From the NCBI GenBank assembly GCA_041671645.1, contig JBAZBD010000001.1, positions 85,561 to 149,560 on the forward strand: a stretch of 64,000 nt of DNA, read 5' to 3'. The notes under the pieces were generated by a model that was not told the origin of the DNA, did no database searches, and worked only from the letters and a program-made list of their open reading frames with translations. Below are positions 30,701 to 36,862 of the stretch, piece after piece. The position numbers were made by a program, and so were the translations under genes. The stretch comes from Patescibacteria group bacterium (lineage in GTDB: Bacteria; Patescibacteriota; UBA1384; XYA2-FULL-43-10; 1-14-0-10-43-13). How positions within the stretch are numbered: position 1 is the stretch's first letter; each line of letters opens with the position of its first letter.

Positions 30701-31282
30701 TGGAATACGGTGATGGCCACGATTGGAGCGGAGGTATTAATGCTATCCCAGGTGCCAGGACTTCAGTGGCTTGCTATAGCAATAGCCGTCATCGGTTTCA
30801 TTGGTGGGATGCTCTTTAGCACTAAATATTTCTACTGGTGTACTGCCGATGGATACTACCCAAGAGTTGGGTCTTTTGATTACAACAAGGACGTGGGTGG
30901 ATTTGGAGAAATAGGCGGACGAATCGATCGCGGCGCAGCCTTCTTGGGACCGCTCATGGCAACTTATGGCGTGAAAGTGGCACAATACAAAGCTCGCCAA
31001 TTGGTTGGCGACATGCTGGCTCTGCAAAACTCTCCTCGATTCAAAGATTCATATGGCGACGATATCGTACCAATCCAAATCATGACTGGTCGCAAAGTTG
31101 ATGTTGATTTCTGGAAAGAGAGCATTGATACCAATATGTGCAAGAAGATGCTTGATGAAGATTACATCGCCTGTGACGGCATGTGCGGCAAAGCGACTAG
31201 CGATGGCGGCTGTGTCAGTACTTCCCGTATGGGCGTCTGGGCCAATCCACAAACGATAGGCTGGACGCATATTGGATTTTAG
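21791..31282 (+). CDS. Giant 3163-aa exported protein with a split M15-like motif, internal repeats and C-terminal TM segments
   Basis: Uninterrupted 9.5 kb ORF; N-terminal signal/TM; SMHQQGQAID at aa 392-401; terminal WTHIGF. Confidence 0.85.
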   Translation: MRDVKKFLQKFVFTLVALILVLNPYIELIPTDYFSSKAKAAINDIPDPEIASTDESDHDYEEEVDSDYTPEYSPNFIPDPVKDAFSLVVTDTTETFTDLTSTSSLLEDIGDAKIILTQSDFDAIKALRCMKNLLPPFAENMSKLYEFTIPEGIINSNEQYKNFPAKEEIDDAVSSEGSQATPRFGTPEEYLSYLKYGDSGDPLLTTNQNKEKFVNYVDSAKAYYGDDRLRADWLAQIDNLAENKTLDTDINTLACVTRITDAEQLMALIRESKTDETKRQYLLDRINESLDGLKIDIRAVKALIYLVTPKNKGGAGHWRIRVKKFLQTGRKSGESDALLTGAAKTVNCDPAKSAAECGMAQYQPGEATIEEKDGSAYTAYLESMNDGEQNDSMHQQGQAIDISEIDDIRCTIRKEVKQWGNVKGQNTPQPTRPIKLAWQTTEGFNKSEGANDFDMMSLIKSMATSEVVDFLGSINETDMSDYEGDLTRASFGDLVNVVGKSLMTEILASPDHNLKGYSTDSTLRNLGGIYIADYLGINRKLFTDKHINTPGDLFYEIGRGAIETRMKLPLNSLDTTNPAVPLFSTLAQTGTRKLEYELGLANGDLARLDPNSVASIYIGARVIEGTLNFKKFVWPSQDKPFAEFASTAEGLNWFDLLRLSPDTIDMMLHLKSGVTEALVKGKTLTPAQYDKMMKLPEGTTTESVKMNSDRYASIVGQVRLDETTFGFQYFAANDAAFSLPTGLWAEVIKFSPDTLQQSLAEVGIYTLSRLFGEDDASPLPKLEVGEQVVSIQTHEYGKDVTFQANDGNFGRWVFRSWLRDNLTKSTEEACQAPARPIEVDVSFDQAGAQQPNPNSLLDVQATFGTNVFKPVSLALDYQVTYNPAANGIPQPSKTLTKDVSEIRPISEEKATKYGFVNRDLQRIFGCASANGRDVYQRIGSELLYTALINQALSETDRAKIDIMDTDPTIHVANEEINFYIQRIFYIKKLLGQIDTQYGSIVSEGKDDIKSFVDLSKLSYDQLKQVYGDLTNLQLFSISKIAATASQTMTDIDTLKQVASDWKEYMRTRRADLVGDIAAVNQIVYLVNELWTTIAELDRGKAINGVDRIKFQQIDSTPLQEVVNQDRRQQAQERSDSAKKKGLSAWQVAQMMFDWIAGTITSSELFYRLGANSIEANIGLPPNSLVYLVRNYDQNGISGLDAFYQSVGQARIEENFGMPAFYFQGNFDAQAKPNFQSDLKAVYNMITTDSVLKHDYPDLAALSEADFLKYMDSLLTAPMLDYAADPWIQLIRTPGSPYSISSEPKTPGDDLNAYKAFYKKIADSQKAYTKSTAHWQAIVDNVDKRWKAKRASDVKGLGSSKYSESTVQDIVANIKQRCFTGVNKAQADGTVKCLNMTRSPEDDLLFRMGLPRGNFNAMTAENSVNNTSLWTRLAGTTQSIEQGFTIDQNAIKALFTGEDTRYINLSRKEKQVVEGSALKINTNVLSFYAQMLNGEVLPNDTDQYNLDTWTQYYVSNPYAPKQQASETCPVLYLPKGDASGTFMVNETTLENNSYCYYDAKGRHCFKSWDEAQRYAIAHEADSIRHLKVVIDGKEQEISNNILGYLANQLVLANNAALPDQATTDAAANANVTIHGTIELNLSDVYAGLVRFVNDNSMVDIFGDKNKSIAMISAIAGSTTVPASILEKLFTREPSVNSVATFKKKVGVKEAQKVVTYQIFGALQLGLAVGPDYFDAGDLYDVLNGDYTALTNIATNYIDLKAELKPGTTRLLYEARNPESITCALAQAGGSMLGRIFGLNNIPLNGIQNVSSFKEAVGQAKVEETLSLPRGTFRGNNLYELLDNVGPINFMIAFKIPVDPSVANGISDDIDKILNSNTSYSQGANLAYRLTRVRDVLSTRNILQSDIGTAIANINSALKNYFINDLLKQFENDPTKIQVALSARNQNNRDWYYAVQDFYQQTSSLDKTFAVSNGSTYQLLTNSIKPKTYINRIGENLMVTAAISNAATLLGISDAKVQAAAGVLGAIKNNFVCEKSKIITRDNYPSNGVSDGHFLYDVQVNNIKNDYWEQYLRTGKHTYDDVGFPVLVYDEVGAAIGYCSDDTYGQFGELYTNLNTLFGFNLDDRMNLPEGTISKVLSDPDHIVDNILNIGLSKLDQQLGLDYTVDGSFSFNGFWKATFYKDGQKKDAEREKIDRKCYSQSYPGGTDVAIKTQYDAANNDIKRLLGEWPARGASRIEGENYQQYSQRVTSQATLDATHTTEMRDAWVSDWEKYNQQANTASGNITIQNNAFNQCKLDNRKPVSNAALRADILDYATGQLVTLTGKLLRDVVVTIPDCQNNRAAYLDGAGSYDPVLSNQLDYFGQPIGYEECKAKVGVVVPREDLKALIQGDLRYLSPIAMTIASNIAMIPVDMWGTDNCNPDADGRCESAVPPQFKLSYNDYKYAIFGNAQSDQAARDVAAYSHFNLIEKNPDGVRINSGPEYPVSTDPFDTGLGILSDTRVAKVANQPGREIINNKTDIYTQYGYTPSSAEAVDAISQRADLQNSVADFENACGIKYGLISNSAATCHNGSPEFAAYISDRTQLTALRDRETAILGESKNLYRNNLMYKAIDIAAWKLDGNAYPGFARAIAIGTPKMKAEALVTYLKIGAQRGHLFGMDFRAVKDIEQWAGAAQFLYEAGQNILRDTDTFDPLSTLAKNPSARYFIQDFIVSRSKAWFGFEIQPDMAEGIIVGIGTMGSADHPWGNWGIKDVGIDKVFEDPNNTGVTINVGGDKTVQMKTLGGATQEYLVDRLFSWADTKLGLEAGTSFKLAKGIYDAFTAYGKVSAAIKAAKLAGWVVPNLPHTAAGLEAIADTLFDKADALALDITDAELSASLTGADANQIVYENTGFDGVDAGEKAAEDAKAASKTINTEGTKFQAAKDLVAAIIIEILIGKALGKIVAGWEQDLGMIPGTLMPLVSGIVTFVFIFVWNTVMATIGAEVLMLSQVPGLQWLAIAIAVIGFIGGMLFSTKYFYWCTADGYYPRVGSFDYNKDVGGFGEIGGRIDRGAAFLGPLMATYGVKVAQYKARQLVGDMLALQNSPRFKDSYGDDIVPIQIMTGRKVDVDFWKESIDTNMCKKMLDEDYIACDGMCGKATSDGGCVSTSRMGVWANPQTIGWTHIGF

Positions 31283-31284
31283 CG

Positions 31285-31337
31285 GTTCTTCCCCTTTTGA
31301 AGGGGAAGTTAGATGGGGTTTATAATAAGCCTCACCT
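31285..31337 (+). repeat. ~53-bp TTCCCCTT-nn-AAGGGGAA palindromic element
   Basis: Near-identical inverted copy at 39492-39544. Confidence 0.8.
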
Positions 31338-31348
31338 ACCCTCTGCTT

Positions 31349-31375
31349 GCCGGCCGTAGCCTTGGCGAAGGCTGG
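31349..31375 (+). repeat. 27-nt CCGTAGC...GCGAAGG element, copy 2
   Basis: gccggccgtagccttggcgaaggctgg. Confidence 0.75.
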
Positions 31376-31408
31376 CCACTCTGCCACTCGTTCTGTTACA
31401 ATCTATTC

Positions 31409-31690
31409 ATGGATAACCTGAAGAATATATTGAACCGTTCTCTTGCCAAAAGAGGCCTCAAGAAGACGCTAGAAGGCCCCTTGGTTTGCTTTTATTGCGC
31501 CGAATGGCCAGGACAGCCCTTCACTCCAGTTTCCTACGCCAACGGCGTTCTGAAGGTCTCAGTCGCTTCTTCCCCCGCCGCCGCTGAATTACAGATGGTC
31601 GAGTCAGAACTCAAAGAATTTTTGAACAAAAAAACCGCCAAGCAGACGGTCAGGCAGATTAGAATCGTAGTTTCGAATAGGTCTGATTAG
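31409..31690 (+). CDS. DciA/DUF721-like protein
   Basis: PVSYANGVLKVSVASSPAAAELQM...VRQIRI; adjacent to recF; ATG 6 nt after TGTTACAAT. Confidence 0.75.
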   Translation: MDNLKNILNRSLAKRGLKKTLEGPLVCFYCAEWPGQPFTPVSYANGVLKVSVASSPAAAELQMVESELKEFLNKKTAKQTVRQIRIVVSNRSD

Positions 31691-31703
31691 CCCTGAACTG
31701 TGG

Positions 31704-32726
31704 TCAGAGCTCGACCACTTTGCACTCTTTGATATCAACTAGATATGAACTATCAGTCGTCGTCAGCACGGTCTGATAATTTTCAATTAGTTTCGAGAGG
31801 TGGCTTCTGCGATCAAGATCAAATTCGGAGAAAAGATCGTCCAAAAGTAGCATCGGTTTGTCGTTCTCGTCAGTCAAGAACTCCAGCTCAGCGATTTTGA
31901 GAGCCAATATAGCCGAACGACACTCTCCACGCGAAGCAAAGCTAGCCATCGGCTTATCGTTCAAATTGAACACGAGATCATCGCGATGCGGGCCGAAGAG
32001 CGAGCGCTTTGATCTAATCTCCCGCCAGATATTTTGCTTGATCGCTTCTTCTAACCCCTCGGGGGCAGAATTTTCGTATTCGATTTGTAATTTGTCCTTT
32101 GGATTGCCGGAGACAGAGCGGTAGAGGGAGCTTAGCCTTTTGTTTAGCTTTTTGATAGCGAGAAGACGCGCCTCGACAATAGACTGGCCGAGAGAGATAA
32201 ATTCTTTGTTCCAAAAATCTAGTTCGTCCGTCTGGGCGCGATGCTCGAAGATCTTCTGGAGGAGAGAATTTCTCTCAGCTCGGACTTTTTCGAAGGCCAT
32301 CACTTCTTTGAGATAATGCCTTTCAGATTGGCTGATCATAATGTCCAGGAAGCGGCGGCGCAACCGTGGAGAGCCGTTGATTAGCAGTATCATTTCTGGT
32401 GAGAAAATAACGCTTTTTTTGGTCCCGATGAAGTCGGATTGCTTGCGAAAAGCGCCGTTTTCCTTGGCTCGAAGCAAAAAGGTTGGTGCGTTCTGGATGA
32501 AGATTTCGAGCTCATCTGCTTTGATCCTGGCAAAATCATTGCCGATCATGACTAGGTTTCTCCTGTCATCTTCGCGAAAAGAACGGCAAGCAGAAACGAG
32601 ATAAATCGCCTCCAATATGTTGCTCTTCCCAACTCCGTTTTTGCCGATTATGGCAGTGACTGGGGAGAGCTCAAGCCGAAAATCTTTGTGATTACGGAAA
32701 TTTTCGAGTTCGATTGTTGTTAGCAT
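31704..32726 (-). CDS. recF: DNA replication/repair protein RecF
   Basis: NFRNH, GKNGVGKSNILEAI, RRRFLD, GPHRDD, SRGE and LLDDLFSEFD motifs. Confidence 0.96.
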   Translation of the reverse strand: MLTTIELENFRNHKDFRLELSPVTAIIGKNGVGKSNILEAIYLVSACRSFREDDRRNLVMIGNDFARIKADELEIFIQNAPTFLLRAKENGAFRKQSDFIGTKKSVIFSPEMILLINGSPRLRRRFLDIMISQSERHYLKEVMAFEKVRAERNSLLQKIFEHRAQTDELDFWNKEFISLGQSIVEARLLAIKKLNKRLSSLYRSVSGNPKDKLQIEYENSAPEGLEEAIKQNIWREIRSKRSLFGPHRDDLVFNLNDKPMASFASRGECRSAILALKIAELEFLTDENDKPMLLLDDLFSEFDLDRRSHLSKLIENYQTVLTTTDSSYLVDIKECKVVEL

Positions 32727-32751
32727 TATCGTTAGACTATGGCTTTCGGCC

Positions 32752-33861
32752 TTAGGATTCTAGCTTGAGCGGCATGATGATGTAGGTGTAATCCTCATCC
32801 TTTTTACCCTTGAAGACTCCAGCCGACGCATTGTCGTTGAATCCCAAGACGATTTGGTCATCCCCGGCTACAGCGAGGAAATCTAGAATATAGCGTGCGT
32901 TAAATGAGATCTCGAGAACGCCGCCGCTGACTTCAGCCTCAATCTCCGACCTGGCAGAGCCAGCCTGTGAGGCTGCCGACAGAATAGAAATTCCCTTCTC
33001 GCCGACTACAACCTTGATATTATTGTTGGCCGTATCCTTGGCAAAAAGAGAGGACATTTTCACGGCCGAAGCCAATTCGGCTAATTTGACAGTGGCCTTG
33101 ATCTTGGAACTATTGGGGATGATAGCCTGATAATTTGGATACGTACCCTCGATCAAACGTGAGGTGATGTGGGTATCACCGATTAGGAACGAGACTTGGC
33201 TGTCAGAAGATAATATCTTAACCTCTTCGGCGTGCTCGGTCGAAGCCAAAATTCTGAGAACTTCAGTCATGGTCCGGCCAGGGATAATCATGTGGTGCTG
33301 TGCAAACTTGGCGGCTAGTTTGATCTTCTTCTCGGCCAGTCGATAAGAATCAGTGGCGGCTAATATTAATTCATCTTCCTTGACGGAGAAATAAATACCG
33401 GCCAGGACTGGGCGCGTCTCGTCGGTAGCTGGGGCAACTGCTACTTTCTTCAGCGATTCGATAAAAAGGTTTTTGTTAATAACTACTGGTTCGGTCTTAG
33501 GAGCCTCAGGAATAGTTGGGAACTCTTCGGCGGCAATACCTTGGATCTTGGCCTCAAAATGGCTAGACTTGAGCTCTGCGGCCGTCCCGGTGGTGATAAT
33601 CTCAATGGATTCATCCTTATTATTCAAGACAAAGTCAGAGAGAAGCCTTGCGGGAAGAGTAATCTCCCCTTCCTCTTCAACCTTCCCAATAGTCTGGGTG
33701 GTGACGCCAACTTCCAAATCGGTCGCCGAGAATTTTATTTTTCCCTTTTCGGCTTTGATGTGGATATTGGACAAGACTGGCAATGTCGTCCTGGCGCCAA
33801 CTATCCGGCTGGTCGCTCCCAATACTTTAGCGATGTTTGATTGCAAAAGTATCACTTTCAT
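32752..33861 (-). CDS. dnaN: DNA polymerase III beta clamp
   Basis: TLPVLSN, ATDLE, ATDSYRLA, FNARYILD and IMP motifs. Confidence 0.97.
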   Translation of the reverse strand: MKVILLQSNIAKVLGATSRIVGARTTLPVLSNIHIKAEKGKIKFSATDLEVGVTTQTIGKVEEEGEITLPARLLSDFVLNNKDESIEIITTGTAAELKSSHFEAKIQGIAAEEFPTIPEAPKTEPVVINKNLFIESLKKVAVAPATDETRPVLAGIYFSVKEDELILAATDSYRLAEKKIKLAAKFAQHHMIIPGRTMTEVLRILASTEHAEEVKILSSDSQVSFLIGDTHITSRLIEGTYPNYQAIIPNSSKIKATVKLAELASAVKMSSLFAKDTANNNIKVVVGEKGISILSAASQAGSARSEIEAEVSGGVLEISFNARYILDFLAVAGDDQIVLGFNDNASAGVFKGKKDEDYTYIIMPLKLES

Positions 33862-34273
33862 TTGTTCTCCTATTCTTACTTATCCCCATTTTGGGGTAAA
33901 CCTGTGTCTAACTTAGTTATTTATATTGTTAAATTATCTTCTTCCAGACTATCTTATTTCGCTGAATCTTTTTGGTTGTGGAAAAGTGCAATTTATCACC
34001 AATTCGTTGTGAACAATCCCTCAAGTTATCAGCACTTTCTTTTGACTTTCAACTTTCAACTTTCAACTTTTGAGGTTCTCCCCATCTTTTCCCTAAGTTA
34101 TACCCCCGCTCTTTCCACAGCTTAGATAGGTAATAAGCTTCTCTAGCAATGGCTTATTTGACTTATCCCCTCTGTCCACACCCCTTATTACTACTACTAT
34201 TTATAAAGCATATTGTATATCTAACCCAAAAGGTTTGGATCCCAGTTCAAGCCTGGGATGACACCAAGGGGTG
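33862..34273. other. Replication origin oriC (dnaA-dnaN intergenic)
   Basis: Several DnaA-box-like 9-mers; TTATCCCCT-CTGTCCACA (34163-34180), then CCCC and TTATTACTACTACTAT trio-like repeats (34185-34200) and an AT-rich tract. Confidence 0.85.
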
Positions 34274-35662
34274 TCAACTGTAGGAAGTAAATATTCTATC
34301 TTTAATCACTGTCAGATCTTCTTTTAATCTTGGATCAGTAGCAATAGACTTTCCAATCTTCTGTTCTCCATGCATGATAGTGGAGTGATCTTTGCCACCC
34401 ATCTTCCTGCCTATTTCTGGATAGGAGAGGCCACACTCGCTTCGAAGCAGATACATGGTGATCTGTCTGGGGAATACTAATTCTTTTGTTCTTTTCTTGC
34501 CGAGCAAATCCTCGATCGGAATCCGGAAATACTTATGAACCTCACGGATAACTAACTCTGCGGTGACGTGTTGCTGTTTTTCTTCGATAATCGAATCTAA
34601 TATCTTAGCTGTCTGCTCCATATTCAATTCACAGTGCATAAGTTCGCAGGTGGCCAGCACTTTATTGAGAGCACCTTCGAGCTCGCGGACGGATGATTTA
34701 ACTCTCTCTGCGATGAAAGTAATAATCTTGTCGTCAACTTTGAGATTCATCCGCTCAGCTTTTTGTCTCAGAATCGCTTCTCTTGTTTCTAGATCTGGGT
34801 GGCCAATATCGCAAACCATACCGCCTTCAAAACGAGTCTTGAGTCTGATTTCTAGGCCCTTAATATCCTTTGGGACTCTATCCGAAGTCAAAACAACTTG
34901 TTTCTTGTTTTGGTGCAAATGATTGAAGGTGTGGAAGAATTCGTCCTGGGTTTGCTCTTTGGTGGAGAGAAACTGAATATCATCAATTAAAAGTAGGTCG
35001 ACGGTGCGGTATCTGTTTTTGAAATCCTTGGCTTTACCAAAACCTGATCCAACAGCTTGGATGAAGTCATTGGTGAAGGTCTCGGTCGAGACATAGAGGA
35101 CTTTCTTGTCGGGGAAGCGTTTCAGATAGGCGTGGCCGATTGCTTGCATCAGGTGGGTCTTGCCCAGGCCAGAGTCGCCGTAGATAAAGAGTGGATTGTA
35201 TTGCGTTCCTGGTTTTTCTGAGACGGCGTTGGCGGCGGCGAAAGCCAGTTGATTGGAAGGGCCAACTACAAAATTATTGAAGATATAATTATCATTCAGG
35301 GAAGAATTCTGCGGCAAAGGGACGGGGATTTCTCTATCCACAGTTAGGGTAGGTTTATCCACAGGCTTGTGGATAATTACCCCAGATTCGAGGTCTACCA
35401 CCTGGTCGGGGTCTGGGTTGGCGATCTTGAATTTGATCCCCAAAATGGCCTCATCAACCTGATTTTGAAGAGCTTTCTGGATTTCTTTGAGATGCTTCTT
35501 TTTTAGCCAATCTTCGACGAAGAAAGTAGGCACTCCGATCGTAAAAACACCTTTTTTGTAATCAAAAATGAAGGTTCTCTTGAACCAAGTTTCAAAGTTT
35601 GGCTTCGACAGAGTGACCTGAAGTTCGCCCAAAGTGTTTCGCCAGATTTCTGTTAGATCCAT
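34274..35662 (-). CDS. dnaA: Chromosomal replication initiator
   Basis: YNPLFIYGDSGLGKTHL, LLIDDIQF, VRELEGAL and GGKDHSTIMH motifs. Confidence 0.98.
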   Translation of the reverse strand: MDLTEIWRNTLGELQVTLSKPNFETWFKRTFIFDYKKGVFTIGVPTFFVEDWLKKKHLKEIQKALQNQVDEAILGIKFKIANPDPDQVVDLESGVIIHKPVDKPTLTVDREIPVPLPQNSSLNDNYIFNNFVVGPSNQLAFAAANAVSEKPGTQYNPLFIYGDSGLGKTHLMQAIGHAYLKRFPDKKVLYVSTETFTNDFIQAVGSGFGKAKDFKNRYRTVDLLLIDDIQFLSTKEQTQDEFFHTFNHLHQNKKQVVLTSDRVPKDIKGLEIRLKTRFEGGMVCDIGHPDLETREAILRQKAERMNLKVDDKIITFIAERVKSSVRELEGALNKVLATCELMHCELNMEQTAKILDSIIEEKQQHVTAELVIREVHKYFRIPIEDLLGKKRTKELVFPRQITMYLLRSECGLSYPEIGRKMGGKDHSTIMHGEQKIGKSIATDPRLKEDLTVIKDRIFTSYS

Positions 35663-35706
35663 GATTATCCAATCGGTTATTTCCTAGTCGTAGAAAATAT
35701 AACAAG

Positions 35707-35715
35707 TTATCCACA
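35707..35715 (+). promoter_or_regulatory. Perfect DnaA box upstream of dnaA (likely autoregulation)
   Basis: TTATCCACA 45 bp from the dnaA start. Confidence 0.75.
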
Positions 35716-35770
35716 AGGAGCGCAATGGTAGGGGCTTCGAGGCATTTATAATCAGCTTCCAGCCGATTGA

Positions 35771-35880
35771 ATTGTTAATTTCTAATTACCCCCAAAGGGG
35801 AGCCTTCGGCTTAATTTCCAATCAATTTATATTTATTAATTAATAATTGAATAAAAATTAAGAACTAAAAAATAAGAATC
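35771..35880. repeat. Empty heptamer two-arm element carrying a 22-nt double-hairpin insert (35790-35811)
   Basis: 35812-35867 is the reverse complement of 36782-36837 (54/56 by eye). Confidence 0.8.
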
Positions 35881-35928
35881 ACTGATTGGGTTGATTTTCT
35901 CTCATCTTTCTGTTATTATCCCTCTGTT

Positions 35929-36069
35929 ATGGCAACATTTGGAACATATCAACCGAAGAAGAGACGCCGACAACGCGTCCATGGATTTTTGAAGAGGATG
36001 GCTACATTAAATGGCCGTCTCGTTTTGAGTCGCCGAAGAGCCAAAGGCCGCAAAGAACTCGCAGTATAA
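35929..36069 (+). CDS. rpmH: 50S ribosomal protein L34 (absent from the ORF track)
   Basis: [46 protein letters not shown]. Confidence 0.96.
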   Translation: MATFGTYQPKKRRRQRVHGFLKRMATLNGRLVLSRRRAKGRKELAV

Positions 36070-36180
36070 GAAAATGAGCAGAAATAGCTCATTTTTTTGT
36101 TGGGAAAAATCCAAATATTGAACTCGCAGTAATAAGTTAATTTACTTGGCAACGAGCGTAATTCGTGCTATGTTCTCTTT

Positions 36181-36543
36181 ATGTTACCGAAGAAAAACAG
36201 AATAGTGGCCAAGGATTTCAAGAAGCTCAAGCTTTTCAAGAAGGGCACAGTTTCTGGTAAGCTTTCGTTCAAATTAAAGGAAAGCGGCCAGGTTAATCCT
36301 TCGAAATTTGGCTTTGTCGTCTCCAACAAGATTAGCAAAAGGGCGACGGACAGAAATGCTCTAAAGCGCAAACTCCGAGCGATGGCTTGGGATGTTCTGC
36401 CACAAATTGGCAACGGCAAAGAGATAATCGTCTTTGTAAAAAGTGCTTTCGCCAAGCCTTATAACTTTGCTGAAATCAAAAGTGAATTTGATCGCGGCTT
36501 GGCTAATATTGGTTTGATTTATGTTCAAAAAAATAATCGTTAG
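36181..36543 (+). CDS. rnpA: RNase P protein subunit
   Basis: MLPKKNRI, FGFVVSNKISKRATDRNALKRKLR; synteny with rpmH. Confidence 0.93.
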   Translation: MLPKKNRIVAKDFKKLKLFKKGTVSGKLSFKLKESGQVNPSKFGFVVSNKISKRATDRNALKRKLRAMAWDVLPQIGNGKEIIVFVKSAFAKPYNFAEIKSEFDRGLANIGLIYVQKNNR

Positions 36544-36754
36544 AACAATTGAGTTGTATCAGCGGACACTGAGTCCTGATCACGGTTGGCGTAAAGGCCT
36601 TTATCCTGTAGGATATTGCAGGTATACTCCTTCTTGCTCTCAGTATTTCAAGGAGGCAGTGATCAAAAAGGGAGCGCTTCGTGGCTCCGTCCTCGGAATC
36701 TGGCGAATCATACGTTGCAATCCCTGGAGTAAGGGAGGACATGACCCCGTCTAA
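36521..36754 (+). CDS. yidD: Membrane protein insertion efficiency factor
   Basis: YQRTLSP, CRYTPSCSQY and RCNPWSKGGHDPV motifs. Confidence 0.95.
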   Translation: MFKKIIVRTIELYQRTLSPDHGWRKGLYPVGYCRYTPSCSQYFKEAVIKKGALRGSVLGIWRIIRCNPWSKGGHDPV

Positions 36755-36770
36755 AGACGAAAGTAGTAAG

Positions 36771-36857
36771 TTTTTAGTTTCTAGTTCTTAATTTTTATTC
36801 AATTATTAATTAATAATTATAAATTGATTAGAAATTAGAAACTAATAAATAGAAATT
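36771..36857. repeat. Empty heptamer two-arm element
   Basis: Left and right arms resemble 18202-18248 and 18597-18651, joined with no gene between them. Confidence 0.8.
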
Positions 36858-36862
36858 ATTTT

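Noticed and set aside
21791-31282. Intein, or phage tape-measure protein, as the explanation for the giant insert
   Set aside because: I recognised no Hint splice motifs or LAGLIDADG blocks, and there are no phage structural genes nearby.
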